The notes under the pieces were generated by a model that was not told the DNA's origin, searched no databases, and saw only the letters and a program-made list of their open reading frames with translations. This document shows, piece by piece, positions 1 to 49,287 of a stretch of 64,000 bases of DNA. How positions within the stretch are numbered: the stretch's first letter is position 1; every line of letters begins with the position of its first letter. Origin of the DNA: the human T2T-CHM13v2.0 reference genome, Homo sapiens; NCBI RefSeq assembly GCF_009914755.1, contig NC_060939.1; one strand, 5' to 3'. The position numbers were made by a program, and so were the translations under genes.

Positions 1-170
1 GACAAGTTCCATAGGCAGCATCTCAGAAAGCTCTCGTATCCACTGAGGAGAGTGATTTGCATGTACAGCCATGGAGACCCTAGAGAGAAAGAGGACGTTT
101 TCTCCAAGAGATTCCAAGACTTGTGAGAGAAACGGCTCTGGCTCAAAATATCTTATAAACTTGACATAAC

Positions 171-471
171 TTTTTTTTTTTTTTTTTTTTTTAGATGGAG
201 TCTCACTCTGTCGCCTAGGCTGGAGTGCCGTGGTGCGATCTCGCTCACTGCAACCTCCGCCTCCCAGGTTCAAGCAATTCTCTGCCTCAGCATCCCGAGT
301 AGCTGGGATTATAGGTGCCCGCCACCATGCCCAGCTCATTTTTGTATTTTTAGTAGAGGCGGGGTTTCACCATCTTGGCCAGGCTGGTCTTGAATTCCTG
401 ACCTCAAGTGATCCACCCGCCTTGGCCTCCCAAAGTGTTGGGATTACAGGAGTGAGCCACCTCGCCCAGCC
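171..471 (-). mobile_element. Alu (AluS-like), full length
   Basis: Poly-T then Alu reverse complement; TSD aacttgacataacttt at 158 and 472. Confidence 0.95.
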
Positions 472-492
472 AACTTGACATAACTTTTAAAG

Positions 493-510
493 ATGGATTG
501 CCAAGCTGAG
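493..510 (+). CDS. LRRC49: Candidate alternative LRRC49 N-terminus (MDCQAE) in an upstream exon
   Basis: ATG GAT TGC CAA GCT GAG followed by strong donor GAG|GTAAGT; phase 0 matches the exon 2 acceptor at 20869. Confidence 0.6.
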
Positions 511-703
511 GTAAGTCTACACTTTCAGTTGACATAATTTTGTATAACAATTATACTCTGCTATCCCCTCACTGAACTAAAACATCATATACGGTCAAAA
601 TACTAACTAAAGCTATTATACAAGAATGAAAAACTGAGGGTCATGGTGAGGAGGGAACAGGAAAATAGTGATTGCCTTTTCCTTAGGGAGTCTTTACCAC
701 TAG

Positions 704-1200
704 TGTATCAGGTAGTGCTTGCTGCATGACAAACAACCCCACAATTTAATGGCCTAAAATACAACCATTGATTCATCTTACAGTTGCATGGGCTGACTGG
801 GCAGCTCTTCTCTCTGGGCATGCTTGGCGGATTTGCTGGACTTCCTCATGCTTCTCTGGTCAGCTGGCATGTTGGAGGCAGCCAGATGATCTAGAATGAC
901 TTCCTTCATGTGTCTGACAGTTGGAGGGCTCTTTGCAAGGGACCAGCTGCTTCTCCACATGGAGTCTCCTCCATAGTGGGCTAGCTTGAACTCAGTCACA
1001 TGGTAGTCCTAGAGTTCCAAACACAGCAAGAGGACAAGCCCAGGGCTCAAGCACTTTTAAAGCCTCAGTTTATATTACCTTTACTAATGTCCTATTGGTG
1101 AAAGTAAGTCACATGACCAAACCAAAGTCAAGAAGTGGAGAAATAGATTTTACCTCTTGATGGGAGTGGAAGAATTTTTGGCTATTTTTACAATCTACTG
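704..1200 (-). mobile_element. MLT1-type (ERVL-MaLR) LTR, old
   Basis: Resembles MLT1 motifs (aacaaacaacccc, cattggccaaagcaagtcacatg-like, cctcttgatggga). Confidence 0.6.
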
Positions 1201-2679
1201 CAACTAGGTGGTAGGCTTAGTAAAGAATAAACCAATAGGTACATGGAACTGTAGAAAGGGATTGAGATGTCAAGGATACAGTCCTTGACTGTAGAAACTC
1301 TACATTTCCTGGGTGTTGTTAGTAAACCAGTGTGTGAATGTCATTTAGTCCAGCTAGGGAACCTTCTGTTTGGGGATTTCCCTGGGTTATGTTATCTCAG
1401 AGCCCAACATAACTTTTGAGACTCTGATCGGAACTGCAAACGCCATCTTGGAACAATCCTGGAAGTGTTCTAGATGTCTGGGATCCTTCTGTTCTGACAC
1501 TAACGAGGGAGGGATGAGCTCCCTGGAATATCTGCAAACCCATCCCTGCTGGTTTAGGTGAGAAAGAGGATCTACCTTTTCTTCTCAAAGACAGGGATTA
1601 AGAGCCAGGAGGTACAAAGGGCAGGTGGGTGGGCAGCAATGATAGAATAGGCTAGTTATTTGAACTGGGATCAAGAAAAGGAAGGATGTAAATAGTAAGC
1701 CTGCTCCAAGTGGGAAGCAATCAAATTGATAATTTGATAATAAGCTGGAGACTATGACCTGGAGACAAGTTGGGGAACATTTAAAGAGCAGGTGGAAGAA
1801 GGTTGACAGTCTTTTGAAGCGGTTTGCATTTTTTGGTTTTTAGATGACAAGCTACAGAAAATTCAATCTCAGCTCTGCCACTAATCAGTTATGTGAGTAT
1901 GGACAAATTGCCTCAGTTAATTTCCTCATTGACAAAATGAGGCATTTTAACTGGAAGATTTTTCCAGCTATAACACCTTCAGGGAATCTAGAAAAAGAAG
2001 AAAAGGACTGACATATATGTGAAAGGAATAAGTCTACATGAGGAGGAATCCCCTTCAGAAAGCATTGGAACAAGTACTGAGGAAGATTTTCAATCTCTAA
2101 AGCTTTAAAAACATGATAGATCCCTATCATTCTTCAACAAATATTAACTGAACTACATGCCAGGCATTGTAGACAGAGCAGTCAGCGAACAACAGCAGCA
2201 TGCCCCTGTGGGGCTTACAGGATTGTTTGAGTTTGATCAAATGGTTCTAGATGATTTCACTAAGTAAGAGTTGCAAGCACATCCAGCTTCATTATTCAGT
2301 CATTTCTGATGAAGAGTGGGATCAATTTTGCCAGAAATGGAGACATTGGATTGCTAAGACAATTTGCAGGCTGGGATTATACCAGATAACTTCTCTGATC
2401 TTCAGTTTCTTCATCTACAAAATAAAAGTGTGAACCAGACCATCCCTAAAGTTCCATTCAGCTCCAAAATTCCAATTCGGCTGCCCAGCAGTTCTTTGGT
2501 GCTTTAGCTCAGCAACTCCATCTAGTGTCTCTGTGAAATGAACTTAGAAAACATCCAGTGTACTAACTATTGACTAAAATGAGAGGCCACAAAAGAGACT
2601 GGACATAACTAAAGGCAGGGCTCGGAATCAAGATATATGGGTAAGGGGTTGATGGGTTATAAGTCATATTTAACATGAT

Positions 2680-3110
2680 GTTTACAATGTGTCAGGTGCT
2701 GTTCTAAGTGGTTAGCATACATTTAATTCTCACAACAAACCTATGATCGAGGAACTAAAAACAGCCGTACTTTACAGATGAGGGAACGGCCCAAAAAGGC
2801 AAAGTAACCTGCCTAGTAATTGGCATAACTAGAATGGAAGCCTAGGTAGTGTGTTACAAAGTCCATCCTCTTAGGCAATATCCTTTCCTGCCTCTAGCTA
2901 AGAGTTATGGAACACTTACCATGTGCCCAGCAGTGTTCTAGGTTTTTCATATTGTAATCTTCTCAACAGAAATATGTTGTAGGTACTAAAATCACAATTT
3001 TGCATGGGAGTAGACTCAGGCCCAGAGAGATAATGTAATTTATCTAAGTACACTATAGCCGATAAGCGTCTTGGAGCCTAGATTGGAACTTCGGTATTCA
3101 GCCAGGGTGA
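2680..3110 (-). mobile_element. MIR fragments (two)
   Basis: Core-like tttacagatgaggaaac / aggcccagagag motifs. Confidence 0.55.
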
Positions 3111-4519
3111 AAGAAGCATCCAGGCTGTTGCCATGTCCCAATAATTTTTTCTCCCACTTTCCTAAATGTCACTGATCATGATTCTTGGTACATAAAGGGA
3201 AGATGCAAGGAGCAAGTGCTAGACAGTTTCTTTCTTTTTTCTTTTTTTTTAGTGGATTATCTGCAGAGCCAACTCTTGAATATTCAGAAGTTAATTCAAT
3301 TAATGGATAAGACAGGCTTAAGTGCATGTTCTTGGTCTCTCCAGCTTCTCATTTTCGATCACTTTTGCCAGGTAAATAATGAAGACTTTAAGTGCCACAG
3401 GAAGTCTAAAAACTCTCCTTTAGGGATCCTACATCATGGTTTCAACGATCACTTTCATGTAAATGCCTCTGAAAGCTACATCTCTACACCTCACTACTCG
3501 AATTGCCTGAGAAACACATCTGCTTTCCTGTTTCATTATCTTCTGAAACTCAACATTCAGTATTCATTTAGCAAATGCTTGTAAAACCTTACCATGTAGG
3601 AAGAACATTTGGAAACCCCTTAGACCCTTAGAACAGTGCTTGGCACAGTGAACTACTGTCTTTACCTTCAGGCTGTGTAGAGTCTAGTGGGGGAGATTAG
3701 TAAACAGTCACAACACAAGGTGATAAATGCCATGATGGGCTATGCATGACATGCTTTGGTAGTATGCAGTGACATTTCATCCAGTCTTCAGAGAGGGTGA
3801 GGGTAGGGTCAGGGTAGGTTTCTCAGGCAACTCATTTCTAAAATTGAAATCAGCACCTTTCTCCCGAGATTGGCTCCTTCTTATAGTACTAATAGTACTG
3901 CCAGTTCTTGTTACCCACACTTGAAAACTCAGTCATTGTTTACTCTTTCCTTGTTCACAAATCCGTAAAGTAACCACCATGTCCAGTCAATTCTTCCTTT
4001 TCTATCTTCTCCATTTTTTGCCTTTCCTCACTCTAGGTCAATATTTTACCTTCTCAAGCCAGGACTATTGCAAAGGCATGCCATCTCTAACAAATTTAAT
4101 CCATTCCAATTCTTCTTGTGCTATGCTCCAGATTCATTTGCCTAACATACTTTCCTGACCCCAAATCTGAAAAGTTCATTCAGTGCCCAAAGGTTAAAGG
4201 CCATTCCGCTTGTTCTGGCAACATTCTGCTTGTCTATCTGAATCTTTCAGAACTCCTTTGTAAATCTTCAGTCTAATGATGCCACTCTCCTTCTCACTCT
4301 TCCTTTGCTTTTTATGCATCCGTGTCTCTACTGACTTTTTCTGGGCCTTCAGTCCTTCCTGTTGGTTTTTAAAGCATATTTATATCCTCTCTCTCCTTAA
4401 AGGACCATTACAATTCCACCTATTTTGTGAAGCCTACCTTAAGAAACTACAGAATTTATTGCTTGAACTATCATTTGGCAAAATAATAGTGTATTGCTTT
4501 TTCTTTAACATGCTTTATA

Positions 4520-6800
4520 AAGGTATAATTTACATACAACTATTAATACAATGTATGTATTAATGTAACCCTCATCACATTGGGGTATAAAACATTCCAT
4601 CTCCCCTAAACATTTCCTTGCGTACTTTTGCAGGGAATGTTCCTCTGCCCTAGTCCCAAGCAACCACTGATGGATTCCTTTCTGTCACTATAGATTTTTT
4701 TCTTTTCTAGAATTTTATACAAATAGAAATATAGAATGTGTACTTTTATTTGTGCCTGGATTTTTTTCACTCAGCATAATACTTTCAAAATTAATCCAGG
4801 TTGTTTTGTATATGTTTGTTTTATTTCTAAGATAATTTCATTATTTGGATATACTTCAATTTCCTTATCCACTGACCTGTTGATGGACATTTGAGTTTTC
4901 AGATTTTGGCTCTTATGAGCATTTGTGTAAAAGTCTTTGTGTGGACATGTATTTTCTCTTGGTAAAGTACCCAGGAGTGAAATTGTTTGGTTGAATGATA
5001 TGGGTATGTTACCTTCATGAAAGTTTACCACATTGTTTTCCAAAGTGCTTGTAGTATTTTGTATTACTACCAGCAATGTAGGAGAGTTCCAGTTGCTATT
5101 GCTCTCCAACAGTTTGTTATTTTAAATTCTTTGTGGCTGGGCGCGGTGGCTCACGCCTGTAATCCCAGCACTTTGGGAGGCTGAGGCAGGTGGATCACGA
5201 GGTCAGGAGATTGAGACCATCCTGGCTAACATGGTGAAACCCCGTCTCTACTAAAAATATGAAAACAAAATTAGCCGGGTGTGGTGGCGGGCGCCTGTAG
5301 TCCCAGCTACTCAGGAGGCTGAGGTGGGAGAATGGCGTGAACCCGGGAGGCAGAGTTTGCAGGGAGCCGAGCTTGCAACAAGCCAGGATCACGCCACTGC
5401 ACTCCAGCCTGGGCGACAGAGTGAGACTCTGTCTCAAAATAAATAAATACATAAATAAATAAATTCTTTGCATTTTCCATATTGTAAATGAAACCAGTTT
5501 TTTTTAATCTCAGTTTCCAATTGTTCATTGTTAGCATATAGAAATGAAGTTGATTTTTGCATATTTGGTTTGCTAAACTGATTTATTGGTTCTAGTAGCT
5601 TTTTAATAGATTTCTTAGGAGGTTCTACGTACATAATCATATCATCTCTAAAAAAAGGACAACCTTATTTCCTCCTTTTAAACATCTGTGCATTTTGTTT
5701 TGCCATTTCTTCCTTTTTGCCTTCTTTCCTTTTTTTCCCCTTGCCTTTATTGCACCAACTAGGATCTTCAGTATGATGTTGAATAAAAGTATTGAAGAAT
5801 GGACATCCTCACATTTTTCCTGATCTAGGGATAAAGCCTGTAAGGGAACATTAACTATGGATTTAGTGGCATACATTCATGGCTGCTATTAGGTGAAGAA
5901 AGTAAATTCCTTTCTATTCTTAGTTTATTGGTAGGTTTTTATCATAAATAGATGTTGACTTTTGTCAAATGTTTTTTAAATCTAGTAAGATGAAGGTGAC
6001 ATGATTTTTCTCTTTCGTTCTCTTAATATGGTGAATTACATTGATTGGTTGTTGAATGTGAAACCAGCCTCGTGTGGCTGAGCTAAACTGTACTTAGATG
6101 TGATGTATTATTTGTATAATGTATTGCAGGATATGTTTGCTAATAGTTTGTTAAGATACACACATAACTTTACAAGGGATGTTGGTTTATAATTTCTTTT
6201 CTTGCAATGTCTTTGCCTAGTTTTGGTAATAGGTTAATGCTGAACTCATGAGATGGGAAGTGTTCTCTAGTCCTTTTCTCTTGGAAGAGCTTGTATAAGA
6301 TTGGTATTCTTTCTTATGTTGTTTGACAGAATTTGAAAGTAAAGTCGTCTGGGCCTAGAGTTTTCTTTGTGGAAAGGATTATAATTACAAATTCAATTCC
6401 TTTAACAGATATAGGCGCTTCAGACTTTCTGTTTCTCCTTGTGCCAGTTTCGATAGCTTGTCTGCTTTAGCTCTAGAATTTCCATTTGGTTCTTTTTTTA
6501 GTTTCCATCTCTCTGTTGAGATTCCTCATGTCTCTTCATTATGACTACATTTTCCTCTTGGAATATATTTATAATAACTGCTTTAAAGTTCTTGTCTGCC
6601 AGTTCCAACTTCTGGTCATCTTGGGGTTGGTTTCTATTGATTCCTTTTTGTGTTGATATTAGGTCACACTTTCTAATTTCTTCACATGACTAGTCATTTT
6701 AAATTATACTGGACATTTTGGATGATAAATTGTTAACTTCTTCCTAAACACTTGAATTTTGTTTTAACAGCTGGTTAACTTGGCTGGACTCAAACTCCAA
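4520..6800 (-). mobile_element. Old L1M fragment(s), interrupted by an Alu
   Basis: T-rich; minus-strand ORFs 4771-5876 resemble decayed ORF2 (KKLLEPINQFSK, LLFNIIL). Confidence 0.8.
5135..5463 (+). mobile_element. AluY-like element with (AAAT)n tail and small internal duplication
   Basis: GGCTGGGCGCGG start, AluY-type gagaatggcgtgaacccggg; TSD taaattctttg. Confidence 0.93.
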
Positions 6801-7249
6801 ACTCCATTTCCACTGTGATGAGTAGCAGCTAAGCTAAGGCTTGCAACCGTTGTTTTATGCCGGGCCCCCAGAGGTCACAACACAGGCATAGCTCATGATT
6901 AGTCAGAGATTTGGGTGGAGTTTATGAGATTTGGGGTCTCCTCCCCTCTGGCTTCCTCTTTTCCATGACTTGCCCCATCACTTTTCACTCTGGCAGCACT
7001 GAATTCCTACCTCTGATTCCTTAGGCCAGTAAGCCTGCAGCTTTCCAGAAGTCCCACAGAGGAATATTTTTGACTGAATAAGCTTTACATTCACATACTC
7101 TTGACATGTCTCTCTTCTCTCACCTAAAGTCCAATGATTTTTTAAACTTACTTTTCCAAGTAAGTTTAAGAAATAAATACTGGCAGATAATTAAACCAAT
7201 CATAAGAACACATTTAAAATAGAATTTAAGCCCAGAATAAAACAAAAAT

Positions 7250-7750
7250 TCCAGATTGTAGCCTCTGATACCGTAACATGGTCTGGTCCTATATACCATT
7301 CCAACTTCATCTCTTACCATTGTTTGCCTCATTCATTATCTCTAGCCACCCTAGTCTTCTTACTGTTCCTCAGACACACCAGAGAAACTGCTGTTCCTAT
7401 CACCTGGAATTCTCTTCCCTCAGATCATTGCGTGGTCACTCCTTCTGATATCCAGGTCTCTGATCATATATGCTCTCCTCAGAGAGGTCTTTTCTGATTA
7501 CCCTATCTAAAACAGCTCAACAAACCTCTCCCCCCACCTCAATTAACATCTTCTCCTACTTTGTCTTCTTCAAAGCACTAATCACTATCTCAAATTATCC
7601 ATTCATTTTCTTGTTAATTGTCTGCCTCCCCCACCAAAAGGTAAGCGCCAGGACAGAATCTTTGTCTTAATCACCAATGTATCCTTAGTGAACACTTGTC
7701 TGGCACAGAGTATATGTTTGATAAATACTTATGAATAAATAAATTGAATA
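7250..7750 (+). mobile_element. L2 3' fragment
   Basis: Ends in the L2 tail-like ataaatacttatgaataaataaattgaat. Confidence 0.65.
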
Positions 7751-8228
7751 ATGATATGGGAGGTACTAAGGTAAATATAACTTTTCCCCCCACTAAACTG
7801 GTCTAGCAACTAAATAAATTAAAAATATTTGTGCAAAAATCAAACAATATAATATAAACTATAAGTTCCTTATACGTCATTTAAAATAAAGCCAGTATTT
7901 CCTTTTACTGTGAAGGGCAGTGAAACATACACAATAAATTATGAGATCATGCAAATCAGCAAATCAAGTATAAATACTCAATTGGTGGAAGAAGAAAACT
8001 AAGTGAAGAGTAAAAAAAAAAGTGTTGACATGGCTGTCAAAACTGTTTAACATGTAGAAATGAAGTAGATTCATGGCAGTGAAATTTGGGGACAAATGGG
8101 CATGTAACTTCATTATGGTTTGAATTAAGGAGATAGGCTATTTCAAAGCTCAAAGGGTACTTATTGATGGGATTTAGCTTCAGAAGATTTATGTGATTCA
8201 TTTTAAAACATAATGCTCTCTTAAAACA

Positions 8229-8536
8229 GGCCAGGTCCAGTGACTCATGCCTGTAATCCCAGCACTCTGGGAGACCGAGGTGGCAGGATTGCTTGAGGCC
8301 AGGAGTTTGAGACCAGTCTGGGCAATGTAGTGAGACCCCATCTTTACAAAAAATTTAAAAAACAAATTAGCTGGGTATGGTGGCACACACCTATAGTCCT
8401 AGCTACTCAGGAGACTGAGGTGGGAGGATCGTCTGAGCCCAGGAGTTTGAGGTTACAATGAGCTATGATTGCAGCACTACATTCCAGCCTGGGCGATAGA
8501 ACATGACCCTGTCTCTAAAACAAGCAAACAAAAAAC
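8229..8536 (+). mobile_element. AluJ-like
   Basis: Dimeric Alu with gcttgaggccaggagtttgag diagnostics. Confidence 0.9.
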
Positions 8537-8640
8537 AGTCATCTCAAATTCAAGTCAAAATAGCAGTAACAATAATGAAAGTAATAATAATGCTATGTTT
8601 TTACACAATCATTGTTCAGGCTCACAACTCCTATTAATAT

Positions 8641-8651
8641 TTTATTTTATT
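8641..8651 (-). terminator. THAP10: Likely THAP10 polyadenylation signal (two overlapping AATAAA)
   Basis: tttattttatt on + reads as AATAAA twice on -, about 1.1 kb past the stop, at the end of a repeat-free AT-rich 3' UTR. Confidence 0.6.
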
Positions 8652-9740
8652 TTCCTTAAAGCAGACATAAAATTACATTTGGAAGAAAATAACTTTGATG
8701 TATTATTTAAACCTTCTAGGATAAAAATACATGCAAGTTCTTCTAATCATTCAGAACTAAGAAGACATATGAGGTGTAAAATTGATATTTATTTTTGTTA
8801 TTCTCAATGGAAGATCAGAGTTATAGTATGCTTCTCAGAAACTATTGTAACAGTTTACTTCATGGTACAAAATTGCCATAGAAATTTTTCCTGGTGAATG
8901 GCAGACGGGGCAGCTAATATTTCCATGCTTATTTCTCAAATGTAGAATTCAAAAGAGAGGTGTTGACAGAAAAAATACCTAACACCTGCAATGGGAATAC
9001 GTTAGAAATGTAGTACTTTTATTTTTCATGATGTTAATGATTCTAATCTAAATTAATCAAGCTAATTAATGTGTCACAGTAAGCACTGATGCAAACAGAT
9101 TTCATTAATAAGTTAATGTAAGTATATGAAAACTCTATCTCTAAATTGATTCCTTTGAAAAATTTCTGTAAGAACCATAGATTCATCAGAAATGCTCACA
9201 GGACAGATCTATACATGTTACAAATGGACAAACTAATAAATAAATAACATAAAAAATAGTCAAGGGTAGATGTCCTGGCTTCACTACCAAATCATTTAGT
9301 AGTGTCAGGCTTGGCTGTGCTCACTGTTACTGTGTTACTGCTCTATACTTTCAAATTATTTAGAAGAGTAGGGATATTCTAACTAGCAAATGTCAAGTCC
9401 TGTAGGAGCGTTGCTTCTGAACTAAGCTTAAACAAATATTCAATGCTTAATTTTGATTAGGAAGTGTTGCTGATATTGTGGTTTTGCTTTGTAACCTGAT
9501 TTCTACCAAAAGGATTAAAAGAAAAAAAAAGGTGAAAGTAGAGAATAGGGATGTTTGTGGGTAGGTATTATCTTCATTGTGTTGGCAAGCAAGCAAACTT
9601 TTGCCTTAGAGCTAAACAAATTATGCTGATACTCAACTGTCAAATTATCTTGAAGTGAAAGATTTACAATAGCAAAGAGATAATTATGTGAGTAAAGATT
9701 TGAAAATCTATAGCACATCAGAGCATTTGATGTTGAGTTT

Positions 9741-19653
<9,913 letters not shown>

Positions 19654-20059
19654 TCACCTGTCCACTCCGGGTCGGGATTGTTTCCTTCCCTACCTCTGGT
19701 CACCGGAAGTGGCGATCTGGGGCCCCCAATGGGAGGGCTCTTTGATATCTTCCTCCTCCTCCTCCCTGCGCTGCTCCCCAGGAGCCAGTGGACACAAGCA
19801 GAGGGATACAAATTTCGCGCGGGCAGCGCTGAGGTGGGCCGTAAAGAGGAACGGACCGGAAGTGGTGGTGGTTATAGCAACCAGTGTGGCCAGCCTCTTC
19901 CCCAGCTTATCCTCCTCCCAATACTCCCGCTCTGTTTTTATGAGGCTGGGAAAATAGAACGAGGAAGTGGTGACGCACTGGGCTCTCACGAATACAACTA
20001 GAAGCTGCAACGACTGTGTGGCTCTATCGATTCGGGAGAGGTCCAGACCGGAAATGGTC

Positions 20060-20073
20060 GTTTCCATGGTAAC
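20060..20073. promoter_or_regulatory. RFX X-box
   Basis: GTTTCCATGGTAAC matches the palindromic X-box GTYNCC-AT-RGYAAC, about 110 bp upstream of the LRRC49 ATG. Confidence 0.75.
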
Positions 20074-20179
20074 CCTGAGCAGGTTGCCTGGGAGATGACC
20101 TCTTTCGGGTCTCTTTGAATCTCCGCTGTAGCGTCACCTGGAAGGCAGATCTAACAGAGAACCTGGACTGTCTCCTATC

Positions 20180-46480
<26,301 letters not shown>

Positions 46481-46904
46481 GTGAGTATTAAAATGGAGTT
46501 GATATGTACTTTGTGGCTTTCTTTCAAGGAATTGAAACAAATGTTGTAATATGGCTTTCTGCAAAGTAAGAATCTACGGTTATTTAGGTTTTTTCTGAAT
46601 TTAAATTGTGGATGTAATTATTAAGCTCTGTAATATGTTGGTTTGGGAGGTATTGAGGTATTTTCCATTTTAAAGAATAAATATAATGTTAGAAACACAA
46701 CAGAAGTGTTATCACTAAATGAATCATTTGGTGTAAATGAGTAGTAAACCCTCTTCTGTTTTGTCATGGGTATAGAATTAATAAGAAAGAGGGTTATTTG
46801 TGACTGAAAGTTGAGAAATTATTGTACCAAGAGGGAAAAGGCACAGAGAGGAGAGATTGAGAGTTGTGAAGATACACATACTGTATGCTTTGCAGTTTTT
46901 AAAG

Positions 46905-47065
46905 AGGAGCTTGGTATGGTGGGAAAAGCATTGCACAGGGCATCAGAGGCCTAGTTATGGTCTTAGCTTCATCTCTCATTAGCTGTGTGACCTTGGGTAA
47001 ATCACAACTCTCTTGGCCTCAGTTTAGCTTTTTCTAAAATGAGGACATTGGACCAGTTTGACTCT
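46905..47065 (+). mobile_element. MIR
   Basis: agctgtgtgaccttgggtaaatcac...cctcagttt...taaaatgagg core. Confidence 0.75.
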
Positions 47066-49287
47066 AGGGTGTTTTTTGGTTTATTGACTCTGAAAAAAGA
47101 CATGAAGATGGTAGAGAACTGGCATGTGAGCAGGAGGAAAAAGAGTTCGATTGTGGGGGCAAAACTACACAAAAGGGGATTCTGGAACTCTGAGATGAAC
47201 TTTGTCAAATTTATGATTTTGCTGAAGGTCAGCAACTAAATAGAAGCTTGATGCTGAGATATTTTGTATTCGTACATATGTGAAGAGCATTAGAAATATA
47301 ACTGTTCTGCTTTGTGATATGATACAGCTAATGAGGAACATTATTTGCTCTTTTAAGAAGTTTCCTTTGTTTAAATGCTATAGAAAAACTGCTTTAAGTT
47401 CTCTCTGGTATCATTTATGCACTTTGAAAGACACAATATAACTCTTAGCTGTTTCAATACCTTGAGTTCCCTTGTAAAGAACTAAGTGTACTATAAATGG
47501 TACACTTGAAAAGGCTGGGGGACAGAGGATACCTTATTTATAGGTCTCATCGTACAGATTGGTTTTATTTTGAAGGTTTCCCAGAAAATATGAGTCAGGT
47601 AATACTCATCTCTTCTAGAAGGTTAGAATAATTTTAGCATGCTATCCAAGACACAGATTTATTCCAGAACTTCTAAATTCTGTCAAGCCCTTCCCAGATT
47701 AGATACAATACTGGAACTGGACTGTTTATTTAGAAGACATTCAGATTGGGTTAACCTGTTATGTTGCTAAATCTCCAAGAACTGCTCAGTCAGGACTTAG
47801 TTTGTCCTTAGGACCTTGGGTCTGGTAAGATTCCAAAAAGCTTTGTTAGAGTAGGGAACAGGAATCTATTGGCCCTAGCATATTCCTGCCTATATTTTGG
47901 CTTTCATTTGGAAAGTGCATAATGCATATTTAGGAAATTGCTTACTGAATTTCCCGTTGAGTATTATGTTTAATCATTACTGTTATAGTTTAGGCAGCAG
48001 TAAACAACTTATGGAAGAGGAAATTGTATTAATTTCTAAAAGTTAAGAAGACAGTAGTAAGTATCATGCATATTAATTACAGTCAATTGTGAAATTTGCT
48101 ATATATCAAATTTACTATATCCATATATTGTGAAATATATGGACAAATAAACTTCATCCAACTCATTTCTTTTTCAAAGCATCTCTTTTTTAAAAGATTC
48201 AAGGGACTTTAAAATCTGAGAATACTTCTCTTCCATCATTTTTTTCTCCAGTATCAGTTACCACACTTATTCTTCTTGCTTTTTTTTCTTTCATGGTTTT
48301 GATTTTCCTCAGTAGCTGGTAATCTTTAAATGAAGGACCATGTTAAGGAGTATCTGGGTATCCTGTGCAGTTGAATAGATCTTTTTAACCATAAGATCTC
48401 ACTCTAGAATAATCACTAGATTTGTGTAAGTTCTTGAATCCCACACATTTGTGAACTTCCCTTTAGGGTAAGTGAAAGGGAAAGTCACTCAGTGACTGCC
48501 AAAATAAGACTTTACTTTCAGGGGTAGAAAGACTTTGTTTTCATTTGTGCCAGGTGAAACTGCCATTTCTTTTTTCCCTCTGATTCTTATGTAGAGGTGG
48601 TTAATAATCTCTATAGATAAAACACCCACACTTTCCACCCTTTTTTGACAAATACTCTATTTTGTTTGGAGAACAGTTCCTTAGGCTCTAGCTGAGGATT
48701 TCTTTAGCCAGATGCTCTGTACATGTTTATGTTCATGACAGAAGTGGGAGTGGGTGGGTTTGTTGGTATTCCAAAAATAGCTGTTGAGTAGACAGATCTT
48801 TGATTATACACTACTTGATTCAGCACAGTTCACCGTAGTCCATGCCTGCTCATTGTATGCACTGACCCAGCATGGAGTAAGATGGCATTCAGTCAGAAAG
48901 AATTGCTGGCTTTGAGTGCAGCATCTCTCTTGCAGTTCTGAGCTGCAGTTCTCTCTGCTCAGGGTTATCTCAGTAAGATCCCATCAGCTTTTCAGCTGCT
49001 TGAACTTCATCAGAAGTGTTGGTCAGATGATGATAACTCTTTTGTTAGGGTTTTCATGAATGTACTCATTTGTGTGTATTTTTATTGCTTCACCCATTGA
49101 ATCTTGGAAAGAAGGTGAAACAAATGCAACCTACTTACCGTCTTGAACAGACACCTTCTCTGATGTTTTTGATGTAGAAAAGTTATTGCTTGTTTATTTA
49201 CCAATCTTTGTTTTTGAAATTTTATAAATTTCAAACCAAGTATTTTTAGTTTGTATGGCATCTTTCTCTTTAAAAATTATGAAGTGT

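Noticed and set aside
230-478. Alu-frame ORFs here and at 5195, 13933, 33325, 36906, 40015 and 60032
   Set aside because: Typical Alu translations ([17 protein letters not shown]), not genes.
1290-1750. Possible ancient LTR fragments here and at about 29570-30100, 60880-61200 and 62070-62340
   Set aside because: Too diverged to assign family or ends by eye.
19811-19824. tttcgcgcgg resembling the BANP/ZBTB33 TCTCGCGAGA motif
   Set aside because: Too many mismatches to the palindrome.
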